The notes beneath the pieces were generated by a model. It had not been told where the DNA came from and did not search any database. It worked only from the letters and a program-made list of their open reading frames with translations. 32,247 nucleotides of DNA. Source: a virus. Its lineage: Duplodnaviria; Caudoviricetes. The stretch spans positions 1 through 32,247 of the IMG/VR virus record IMGVR_UViG_3300042860_003557. One strand, 5' to 3'. The position numbers and the translations under genes were made by a program. Shown one piece after another: positions 8,782 through 16,439 of the stretch. Numbering within the stretch: position 1 is the stretch's first letter; every line of letters starts with the position of its first letter.

Positions 8782-9645
8782 ATGTCTGTTCCGTTTATGT
8801 TTGTTGATGGTAATTTGACGCTTGTTCTTAATAACAAGAGTTATCAGGTTTTGCCAGATCATATTAATTACAAGATGATTCTGGAGAGTTTGCCAACTGC
8901 AACCGTTGATGAGTTGCTTGAGATTGTTGATGTTGAAAAGGCTGTTGCTGCATTTAGCGATGGTCTTGTTGAGATCAAGAATGGTCAGGTCACTTATGAA
9001 GGTGAGGTTGTTCATGGTAGTATTAGTAAGCGTATTCTAGAGTTTATGAGCAAGGGTCTGCCTTTCCAGCCTCTTGTTAATTTCCTGAATAATCTTATGG
9101 AAAATCCTAGTATGCAGAGTCAGAAGGAACTTTACGATTTCCTTGAGCATGAACATCTGCCCATTACTGAGGATGGTCATTTCCTAGCCTATAAGGCAGT
9201 CAGGAATGATTACAAGGATAAGTATCGTGGAGTATTTGATAATAGTGTTGGTCAAGTTGTTAAGATGCAACGAGCCAAAGTTGACGATGATCGTGCAAGA
9301 GGATGCTCTGATGGACTTCATGCTGGTGCATTGAATTATGTGGCCGGTTATGGGTCTGTGGAATCTGGCGACCGTATTGTGATCGTCAAGATTAATCCGC
9401 GTGATGTTGTTAGTGTTCCAAGTGATTGTAACTGCGAGAAACTTCGCACTTGCCGATATGAAGTTGTCGGAGAGTATCAAGGCGAACTTCTGAAGCCTCT
9501 TTATTCGTCTGATTTTAGTTATGACGAGGATGAAGATTATAATGAAGATAATTATGATCTTGATGAATCATACTGGGATCAGTTTGATGACGAGGATGAA
9601 GATGTAAATTATGATGACGAGGACGATTACGACGATCAGTATTGA
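8782..9645 (+). CDS. rIIB: rIIB-like protein
   Basis: NLMENPS, ELYDFL, LPITEDGHFLAYK, CSDGLH, VKINPRDVVSVP, KLRTCRYEVV; acidic tail. Confidence 0.88.
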   Translation: MSVPFMFVDGNLTLVLNNKSYQVLPDHINYKMILESLPTATVDELLEIVDVEKAVAAFSDGLVEIKNGQVTYEGEVVHGSISKRILEFMSKGLPFQPLVNFLNNLMENPSMQSQKELYDFLEHEHLPITEDGHFLAYKAVRNDYKDKYRGVFDNSVGQVVKMQRAKVDDDRARGCSDGLHAGALNYVAGYGSVESGDRIVIVKINPRDVVSVPSDCNCEKLRTCRYEVVGEYQGELLKPLYSSDFSYDEDEDYNEDNYDLDESYWDQFDDEDEDVNYDDEDDYDDQY

Positions 9646-9654
9646 TCGTTGGAA

Positions 9655-9713
9655 GAAAGTGGGCCGCTGGGCGGATACTAGTTAAAGGATGGTTCGATTC
9701 CATCACCACTTTT
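9655..9713 (+). ncRNA. tRNA-like element lacking an anticodon arm
   Basis: GAAAGTGG/CCACTTTT closing stem, CCGC-TGG-GCGG mini-hairpin, canonical T arm GATGG-TTCGATT-CCATC. Confidence 0.55.
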
Positions 9714-9725
9714 AAAGGATATATC

Positions 9726-10148
9726 ATGCACGAAGATTATGATGATAATGAATATGATGATGATCAGTATGATTATGATCATCCATCATTGAATCCATTT
9801 CATTACTATTTCAAATTTGATATTGGGCCAGATACTCCGTTGTCTCAGTGGCTTTCTGATATTATTAAAAATACTAACTGGGAAGATATTGGATTTGCTT
9901 ATAAACCTATCAATCTGCCCGGTTGGCCTGCTGTTTCGTTACCTGTGAATAGTTGGAATCCCAATGCTGGCAAGGATAATTCCTTCCAGTATTTGGGATC
10001 CAATTATGCTGGCAATCCAATATGGAAAAAGAAATATTTTATATCAGATCCAATTAATCAAGAATATAAACTTCATATTCAAGCACATGCTAAACATTTT
10101 GTTTTACAACCGGATTATTATAATGGATTATTTGAAATTCTTAATTAG
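9726..10148 (+). CDS. Hypothetical protein with acidic N-terminus
   Basis: AAGGA precedes ATG 9726; the track start at 9642 would run through the tRNA-like element. Confidence 0.7.
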   Translation: MHEDYDDNEYDDDQYDYDHPSLNPFHYYFKFDIGPDTPLSQWLSDIIKNTNWEDIGFAYKPINLPGWPAVSLPVNSWNPNAGKDNSFQYLGSNYAGNPIWKKKYFISDPINQEYKLHIQAHAKHFVLQPDYYNGLFEILN

Positions 10149-10156
10149 GAGTTATT

Positions 10157-10570
10157 ATGAATGAATGGTTTGTTATCAATGATCTAAATGAGTTTACTGA
10201 TAAAACAAGGATTATAGTTTATAATAATTTTGGTAAATGGGAGAGTAATAATCCAATCAATGATACTATGGATCTCATTGAAGAATCTGATACAAATGAT
10301 ATGAATAAAGTATTGTCTCATGAAGAATCACTAACAATAGTTAAACAAGTAGTCAAGAAACAGAAACATAAAAAGTCTGATAGAGTTAGATATATTTTAA
10401 ACGAGACATTATTCGCTAAAATTGTACAAGACTTAAATGCTAGAATGGTTAGTAATGTTCTTAATGAATTGGTAAAAAAAGACATCATAGAGTCAGGATT
10501 TGATAATGAGTCTAATGACTTTGTGTTTTGGATAAAAAAAGACAACAATGAAACACCAGAAACCGATTGA
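10157..10570 (+). CDS. Hypothetical protein
   Basis: AGGAG RBS; the C-terminus LNELVKKDIIESGFD looks weakly winged-helix-like. Confidence 0.75.
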   Translation: MNEWFVINDLNEFTDKTRIIVYNNFGKWESNNPINDTMDLIEESDTNDMNKVLSHEESLTIVKQVVKKQKHKKSDRVRYILNETLFAKIVQDLNARMVSNVLNELVKKDIIESGFDNESNDFVFWIKKDNNETPETD

Positions 10571-10958
10571 TCACGACGTTCATCTAAAATATTTGTGTAA
10601 TAAATGTGGATCAATCCATTGGCTTTCTTTTAAGGAAGCATCAACAGATCAATTTAAAGTTGTTTGTGATTGTGATAATATCTTTACAGTTAGGCGTGTG
10701 TCTGGTTTTAAAATCAAGTATTTTGATCAAGAAAATAAACCAAAAATACAGAAAGAAAAACTAGAATCATCACCAAAGACTAGTAAACAAATACCAGAAT
10801 TTTTATTAGCACAAACTATAAAAGCACTAATACCATATGGATTTACTAGTGCTGAGGCTAGAGAAATTATAGTTAAAAGTTATAATGAACAGCCTAATGA
10901 TAATCCATTACTTTTGGTTAAACAAACTTTGGCATCTTTAAGGAGTACAAATGTCTAA
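10548..10958 (+). CDS. Zn-ribbon protein with a RuvA C-terminal-domain-like tail
   Basis: CNKC...CDC at the N-terminus, Lys/Ser/Pro-rich linker, then TIKALIPYGFTSAEAREII...LLVKQTLASL resembling RuvA domain III; overlaps the ruvB start. Confidence 0.6.
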   Translation: MKHQKPIDHDVHLKYLCNKCGSIHWLSFKEASTDQFKVVCDCDNIFTVRRVSGFKIKYFDQENKPKIQKEKLESSPKTSKQIPEFLLAQTIKALIPYGFTSAEAREIIVKSYNEQPNDNPLLLVKQTLASLRSTNV

Positions 10959-11847
10959 TAATATTATGAGGCCCACTAAGTTCAGTGACATCATTGGTCA
11001 GCAAGAGGTTATAGACCGTCTGCAAATCATGGTGAAGGGCTGTTTAAGTTCTGGTGGTACGATGCCTCATGTTTTAATTGACGGGCCTCCTGGCCTTGGT
11101 AAAACGACAATAGCGAGTGCTATAGCCAGCGAACTACAGACCAATCTATATACGATCAATGCGGCCAATGTTCGTAGTGTTAAAAATTTACTACCATACC
11201 TCATGGGTATTGCACCACAGTCCGTACTTTTTATTGATGAAATACATAGACTTCCTAAACTAGTAGAAGAATTCCTTTATCCTGTAATGGAAGATTTTGT
11301 ATTAAATATAACTCTAGAGTCTAAACCAGAGACTATTGATCTTCCAGTATTTACTCTTGTTGGGGCTACTACTAGTGGTGGCAGTTTAAGTCAGCCATTC
11401 TATGATCGTTTTGCAATTAAAGAGCATTTGTCTTTTTATACACCAGATGAGTTAGCCAAACTAGCAGGATTGAACGCACAAAAGCTCGGACTAATGATCT
11501 CTGATTCTAATCTATTAGAAATTGGCAAAAGAAGTAAAGGAACACCAAGAATTTTAAATGCTAGACTACAATGGTACAAGAACTATATTGCTTATCATCA
11601 AAATAAAAATATAGATATTGATGTTGTATTTAGTAGTCAGGGAATTGATAGTATGGGTTTAGATGTGTATGATAGAATGTATCTTGATATACTTCGTAAG
11701 AATAAGGGCAATCCTTTAGGACTAAAAAGTATTTCATCATTAACTGGAATTGCTATAGAAACTATTGAAAACAGTATAGAGCCATATTTGATTAGACAAG
11801 GTTATGCTGTTAGAACACAAAAGGGAAGAATCATAGGTAATGTATGA
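10951..11847 (+). CDS. ruvB: Holliday junction branch migration ATPase RuvB-like
   Basis: MRP..F..IIGQ, GPPGLGKTT, FIDEIHRL, EEFLYPVMEDF, LVGATT, DRF, GTPR, EPYLIRQG...RT.KGR. Confidence 0.93.
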   Translation: MSNNIMRPTKFSDIIGQQEVIDRLQIMVKGCLSSGGTMPHVLIDGPPGLGKTTIASAIASELQTNLYTINAANVRSVKNLLPYLMGIAPQSVLFIDEIHRLPKLVEEFLYPVMEDFVLNITLESKPETIDLPVFTLVGATTSGGSLSQPFYDRFAIKEHLSFYTPDELAKLAGLNAQKLGLMISDSNLLEIGKRSKGTPRILNARLQWYKNYIAYHQNKNIDIDVVFSSQGIDSMGLDVYDRMYLDILRKNKGNPLGLKSISSLTGIAIETIENSIEPYLIRQGYAVRTQKGRIIGNV

Positions 11848-12143
11848 ATAATATATATACTATTATTGTTATTATATTAGTAATATTAAATATTTTATCT
11901 TTTATTTTAGGATTCTTGCTAGGAAAAATATTATCAATATCCGGTGTATCTATAGTTAATAAGCCAAAATCTTTTATGCAATCTCAACCATCAAATAATA
12001 CTATTAATATTGATGAGAAGATTCATATTACAGATATTAAAACTGATGGTATGATTAAGAAGTATGAAAATCTTGGCGAAATTAAAAATTCTAATGAAAA
12101 TATTACTAATTCAATAGATAAACTAAAGAGAATGAAAGGATAA
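11844..12143 (+). CDS. Small protein with N-terminal membrane anchor
   Basis: About 25 hydrophobic residues then a polar domain ending IDKLKRMKG; ATGA overlap with ruvB. Confidence 0.8.
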   Translation: MNNIYTIIVIILVILNILSFILGFLLGKILSISGVSIVNKPKSFMQSQPSNNTINIDEKIHITDIKTDGMIKKYENLGEIKNSNENITNSIDKLKRMKG

Positions 12144-12147
12144 TTTT

Positions 12148-13149
12148 ATGGCAGTCGGCTTAGACGTAGGAACAAGTTTTATTGTTTTATCCAAACAAAC
12201 GCAAGAAGGAATAGAATATAAAGATTTCAGAGATGCGTTTTATATTATAAAGCCAACAACACCAGTAGCCACAAAGATGATTGAAAAAGGATTAGCAGGA
12301 AAAGTCTTTATTAAAGATACTGATGGTTCTTTTATTCTATTAGGTAAAGACGCTATTGAAAAAGCAATAGAAAGAAACGATACTGCAAAAAGACCAATGT
12401 ATAAAGGAGTAGTATCTTCTAAAGAAAAAGATGCAAAAAGAGTTTTAGCTTTTATTCTAAAAGAAGTAGTCGGAACAGCCTCAGAGTCCAGCGAAAAATT
12501 AGTATTCTGCATCCCTGCTCAACCAGTAGATCAAGAAGATGAAGATTTTGATGTAGGATATCATGAAGATGTTGTTAAAACAGTATTAGGTGAATGTGGT
12601 TATGATGCTCGTGCAATCAATGAAGCAGAGGCTTTATGCTATGCTGAATTAGATACTGAAGAATATACTGGTATTGCAATTAGTTGTGGTGCTGGTATGA
12701 CAAATGTTTGTGTCATGTTAAATGGTGAACCTACAGTAGTCTTTAGTACCACCAAGTCAGGCGACTGGGTTGATCGTATGAGCGCTGTGGCGACCGGAGA
12801 GCCGGATAGTGTTGTTCAGGCAGAGAAGGAGGCGGGTGGTTTTAAAATTGGCGAACCCAATGAAAATCCTATTCTTGGTGCAGTATCTGCATATTATGAA
12901 AGACTGATTGATTATACTACTAAACAATTAAGTATGGCCTTAAATGGTCATAAATCTTTACCAAAATTTAAAAATCCTCTTACTATAGTTATTGCTGGTG
13001 GAACATCTCAGGCTAATGGTTATGTAGAAAAATTTATAGAAAAATTATCTGGTAACAACTTTCCATTAGCAATTAAAGAAGTGAGACACGCTAAAGATCC
13101 ATTACATGCGGTATCTAAAGGTTGCTTAATTGCTTCTCAAATTTTATGA
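12148..13149 (+). CDS. Actin-fold ATPase (MreB/MamK/ParM superfamily)
   Basis: VGLDVGTS (phosphate 1), INEAEA (connect 1), ISCGAGMTNV (phosphate 2), VIAGGTS (adenosine), AVSKG (connect 2). Confidence 0.85.
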   Translation: MAVGLDVGTSFIVLSKQTQEGIEYKDFRDAFYIIKPTTPVATKMIEKGLAGKVFIKDTDGSFILLGKDAIEKAIERNDTAKRPMYKGVVSSKEKDAKRVLAFILKEVVGTASESSEKLVFCIPAQPVDQEDEDFDVGYHEDVVKTVLGECGYDARAINEAEALCYAELDTEEYTGIAISCGAGMTNVCVMLNGEPTVVFSTTKSGDWVDRMSAVATGEPDSVVQAEKEAGGFKIGEPNENPILGAVSAYYERLIDYTTKQLSMALNGHKSLPKFKNPLTIVIAGGTSQANGYVEKFIEKLSGNNFPLAIKEVRHAKDPLHAVSKGCLIASQIL

Positions 13150-13655
13150 CAGATTTATATAGTCTAGGACTAATTTTAGTTCCAGATTTTTTAACAGAAT
13201 CTGAGGAACAAGATATAGTCTCTAGAATACCAGAATCTAAAGGTAAAAAAAGATCTTCTGAAAGAAATAGTGTAAGACGTTTTGGATCTAATACTCCTTA
13301 TAAAAATCAGATAGAGTCTAGTATTATACCAGACTATTTAGATAGGATTGGACAAAAATTAGTTGAAAGTCAATTATTATTAGTCAAACCAAATTCTATA
13401 TCCATTAATGAATATTTACCTGGTAATGCTATTGCCCCACATATAGACAGTATTGAAAGTGGTCCAATTATTACTATCCTTAGTTTATTATCAGATGCAA
13501 CTATGGTTTTAAATCATCCAAGACAACAAGAACAACAGATTTTAGTGCCTAAATTAAGCATATTACAACTTAAAGACGAAATAAGATACTCTTGGACTCA
13601 TGCTATATTACCAGTTCAACATAAAAGATATTCTATAGTATTCAGAAATGGATAA
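13146..13655 (+). CDS. AlkB-family 2OG-Fe(II) dioxygenase
   Basis: INEYLPGNAIAPHID (HxD), WTHAI, RYSIVFR; ATGA overlap supports start 13146. Confidence 0.88.
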   Translation: MTDLYSLGLILVPDFLTESEEQDIVSRIPESKGKKRSSERNSVRRFGSNTPYKNQIESSIIPDYLDRIGQKLVESQLLLVKPNSISINEYLPGNAIAPHIDSIESGPIITILSLLSDATMVLNHPRQQEQQILVPKLSILQLKDEIRYSWTHAILPVQHKRYSIVFRNG

Positions 13656-13658
13656 TAT

Positions 13659-13671
13659 TGGTGTATTTAAT
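13659..13671 (+). promoter_or_regulatory. Intergenic TGGTGTA motif, candidate phage-specific promoter element
   Basis: TGGTGTATTTAAT, about 50 nt upstream of the protease ATG. Confidence 0.4.
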
Positions 13672-13707
13672 TAGGTTAATTAAAACTCCTTAATATAATA
13701 GGAGATT

Positions 13708-14463
13708 ATGATGAAATCTATTTTAACTTATCTAATATTATCTTTTTGTTTGATTTCATATGCTATTGCAGGAACGATAGATCCGTCAGTACCAGACCAT
13801 AAATATATAGAATATGGTTCGCATTTTAAATATATAGTTAAATTATGTGGAATGTATGAGGACAAAACTCCATTTTGTGCGTCTGCTGTAGTGATTACAG
13901 AAAATGTTATATTAACAGCAGCGCATGTTGTAAAGGGATATAAGACATCAGTAGTAAAATTAGATACTGATACTATAGAGGTAAATAATTTTATTTGGCC
14001 AAAAGATTATGATGCTGATAAATATGGTACTAATGATATTGCTATTGGATTTTTACAAAAACCAATCAAATTAGACTTTTATCCAGAATTGTATGATAAA
14101 GAAGATGAGCTAGATAAATTATGTTGTATAGCTGGTTATGGTGTTACTGGTAATTTTATTAATGGAGCGAATATATTTGATGATAAAAAAAGAGCAGGAT
14201 CTAATATTATAGAGGCAATTGATAGACAACTATTAGTTTGCAAACCATCCAAATCAACAGATAAAAGAAGAACATCATTAGAATTTATCATAGCAAGTGG
14301 CGATAGTGGAGGTGGTCTATTTATAGATAATAAATTAGCAGGAATAAATTCTTGTGTTAGTGGTAATGGAAAAGAATCATTAAAGTCAACATATGTAACA
14401 GAATCGTGTCATACCAGAGTGAGTATACATAGAGAATGGATACTAAAGAATATAAAGAAGTAA
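13708..14463 (+). CDS. Trypsin-like (S1) serine protease with signal peptide
   Basis: LTAAH, DIAI and GDSGG triad motifs; hydrophobic N-terminus ending AIA. Confidence 0.9.
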   Translation: MMKSILTYLILSFCLISYAIAGTIDPSVPDHKYIEYGSHFKYIVKLCGMYEDKTPFCASAVVITENVILTAAHVVKGYKTSVVKLDTDTIEVNNFIWPKDYDADKYGTNDIAIGFLQKPIKLDFYPELYDKEDELDKLCCIAGYGVTGNFINGANIFDDKKRAGSNIIEAIDRQLLVCKPSKSTDKRRTSLEFIIASGDSGGGLFIDNKLAGINSCVSGNGKESLKSTYVTESCHTRVSIHREWILKNIKK

Positions 14464-14534
14464 TATCACCCGACCTGCATAATAAATATATCGTAACTAG
14501 TCTGTTGTCAAGGCAAATATTTTTTATATACAAC

Positions 14535-14562
14535 TTGACTACCTCTCAGGGCGATATATAAT
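14535..14562 (+). promoter_or_regulatory. sigma70-type promoter
   Basis: TTGACT, 16-bp spacer, TATAAT; intergenic. Confidence 0.7.
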
Positions 14563-14595
14563 AGAACGAGTACACTTTATAAAATTTCAAAAAAA

Positions 14596-14775
14596 ATGCT
14601 AGATCCAGATAAAAAAGACCTAAGAAGACAAAAATTTGTGGATAAAACCTATAAAAAACCACGAGTATCAGAAGAACAAAGATTTGTTTCTAAAACAAAA
14701 AAACAATTCAAGAAAAAAATAGAAGATATCAGAGAAGAAGAACTATGGGAAGATTGGGATAATGAAGTATCTTGA
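14596..14775 (+). CDS. Small charged protein, 59 aa (not in ORF track)
   Basis: MLDPDKKDLRRQKF...EEELWEDWDNEVS; follows the promoter and overlaps the next ATG. Confidence 0.7.
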   Translation: MLDPDKKDLRRQKFVDKTYKKPRVSEEQRFVSKTKKQFKKKIEDIREEELWEDWDNEVS

Positions 14776-15001
14776 AGAATTAAATATTGGAGATTCTTTT
14801 TCCTATCAAAATCAACTATTTGTATTAACAAGTGATTTTAAGAGTAATGGGAATAAATTATGTTATTCCTTAAATACTGGATTTCCTACTTGGTTAAGTA
14901 GTCAAACTATAGTTGAACATTGTCCAATATATACTTTGGATAAAGACAATAATATTATACCAGTGAATACAACACCTAAGCATGATACTTTTTCTAATTA
15001 G
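14762..15001 (+). CDS. Hypothetical protein
   Basis: ORF track; operon packing. Confidence 0.75.
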   Translation: MKYLEELNIGDSFSYQNQLFVLTSDFKSNGNKLCYSLNTGFPTWLSSQTIVEHCPIYTLDKDNNIIPVNTTPKHDTFSN

Positions 15002-15236
15002 ACTTAAAACTTTTGTAAAATCATTACTTTGGCATATCAATAAAGGTCTACCCAAAAGTACACAACATCAAATTAATGATAGATTTGCTATCTGTCACTT
15101 ATGTGATAGTTACGATAAAGAAAATACTCAATGTCTTGAGTGTGGATGCAATATTAATAATAAAAGAATATTTCTGAATAAATTAGCGTGGGCAGATCAA
15201 CAATGTCCTCTAGGAAAATGGAATAGTCTGGTGTAG
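14982..15236 (+). CDS. Cys-rich putative metal-binding protein
   Basis: R..ICHLC...CLECGC...CPLGKW. Confidence 0.75.
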   Translation: MILFLIRLKTFVKSLLWHINKGLPKSTQHQINDRFAICHLCDSYDKENTQCLECGCNINNKRIFLNKLAWADQQCPLGKWNSLV

Positions 15237-15239
15237 GTG

Positions 15240-15267
15240 TTGACTTTTGGACACCAGATGATACAAT
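15240..15267 (+). promoter_or_regulatory. sigma70-type promoter with extended -10
   Basis: TTGACT, 16-bp spacer ending TGA, TACAAT; shares GGTGTTGAC and CAGATGATACAAT with the promoter at 3146. Confidence 0.75.
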
Positions 15268-15285
15268 AGGATATTAGAGGACATT

Positions 15286-15822
15286 ATGAAAACATTATCT
15301 CGTCATATACCAATAATTTACGATAATCTTTTTACTTCTGTGGAAAGTATTATTTATGGTGGATATCATGGTTCTTCTATTATAGTACCTCATGTATGCA
15401 ATAATGTGAATGTATTCGGTGGTGGTTTTACTGCCGGTATTACTAAATACTATCCTATAGTTGGAGAAAATTATTCTTTATTAGGAACACATTTTCTAAA
15501 AAACAATCTGGGATATGTACAGTATGTTGAAACTACAAAGGATAATACTTATGGGCATAAATTAATATTTGCTAATATGATTGCTCAAAATGGTATAATA
15601 TCTAAACAGAATCCTAGACCGTTAAACTATGGTGCATTAGTAAAATGTATGTTGTCAGTATCATCCTATCTGCATAATAATTTTGATAAAGATAGTCCGG
15701 TACAAATTCACGCTCCCAAATTTGGTAGCGGCTTGGCCGGTGGAAACTGGTCTTTAATAGAGGAATTAATTTCAGATATTTGGTCTAAATATAATGTTTT
15801 TATATATGATATTAGAAAGTAA
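15286..15822 (+). CDS. Macrodomain protein (TARG1/Poa1p/DarG-like)
   Basis: IVPHVCNNVNVFGGGF and IHAPKFGSGLAGGNW loops. Confidence 0.82.
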   Translation: MKTLSRHIPIIYDNLFTSVESIIYGGYHGSSIIVPHVCNNVNVFGGGFTAGITKYYPIVGENYSLLGTHFLKNNLGYVQYVETTKDNTYGHKLIFANMIAQNGIISKQNPRPLNYGALVKCMLSVSSYLHNNFDKDSPVQIHAPKFGSGLAGGNWSLIEELISDIWSKYNVFIYDIRK

Positions 15823-15827
15823 GTAAT

Positions 15828-16439
15828 ATGAGCGATTGTATGTCAGAATCGGATATTCATAAAGAAATGGATTTTTGGATCAACTATACTCAACCAACTA
15901 AAGACTTTAAACATAAAAATTTTTATGTTAATTTTTTTGATTTTTTACAAATTAAAAATGAGGTACTAGAAATAGGCTGCGGAGGTTCACCATTTATAAC
16001 TTATGTCGATAACTATGATAATACTATACAATTAAGTCTTTTAGATCCATTAATAGATCAAATTTCATCAATACCTAAATATAGTTTTCTGACTAATTAT
16101 ACTAGATATAATCAAAATCTATTGGATAGTTCAATCAATCAGAAATATGACTATATAGTTTGTCTAAATGTTTTAGATCACTTTCCAAATTCATATACTA
16201 ATTTCCTAGATAAAATTAAACATATGTTAAAGGATAATGGTAAAATCTTTTTATATTATGATATTAGAAGAATAAATAATGATGGGCATTATGCTATTAA
16301 TCATAATGAAATATATAGCTATATTATTAATAATTTTAACATAATTAAAGAATCCTTGGACGTGAACCCCGTACACCATAATTGGTCAACAGTTTATCAA
16401 TCTTATAGAGCGGTGTTGGAGGTTGATACTATTTTATGA
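15828..16439 (+). CDS. Class I SAM-dependent methyltransferase
   Basis: VLEIGCGG, YDYIVCLNVLDH, LKDNG. Confidence 0.85.
   Translation: MSDCMSESDIHKEMDFWINYTQPTKDFKHKNFYVNFFDFLQIKNEVLEIGCGGSPFITYVDNYDNTIQLSLLDPLIDQISSIPKYSFLTNYTRYNQNLLDSSINQKYDYIVCLNVLDHFPNSYTNFLDKIKHMLKDNGKIFLYYDIRRINNDGHYAINHNEIYSYIINNFNIIKESLDVNPVHHNWSTVYQSYRAVLEVDTIL

Noticed and set aside
9520-9780. GAT/GAC-rich repeats on both sides of the tRNA-like element, as a CRISPR array or target-site duplication
   Set aside because: They encode Asp/Glu/Tyr-rich low-complexity tails; no fixed repeat-spacer period and no exact duplication
3270-10164. Alternate-frame + strand ORFs (3270, 6093, 6441, 6864, 9964; also 24409)
   Set aside because: Nested in better-supported genes, with no motifs or clear RBS
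12745-12860. Locally GC-richer patch inside the actin gene (similar patch near the ruvB start)
   Set aside because: Coincides with conserved Gly/Ala-rich protein sequence; no convincing RNA structure or antisense ORF found by eye
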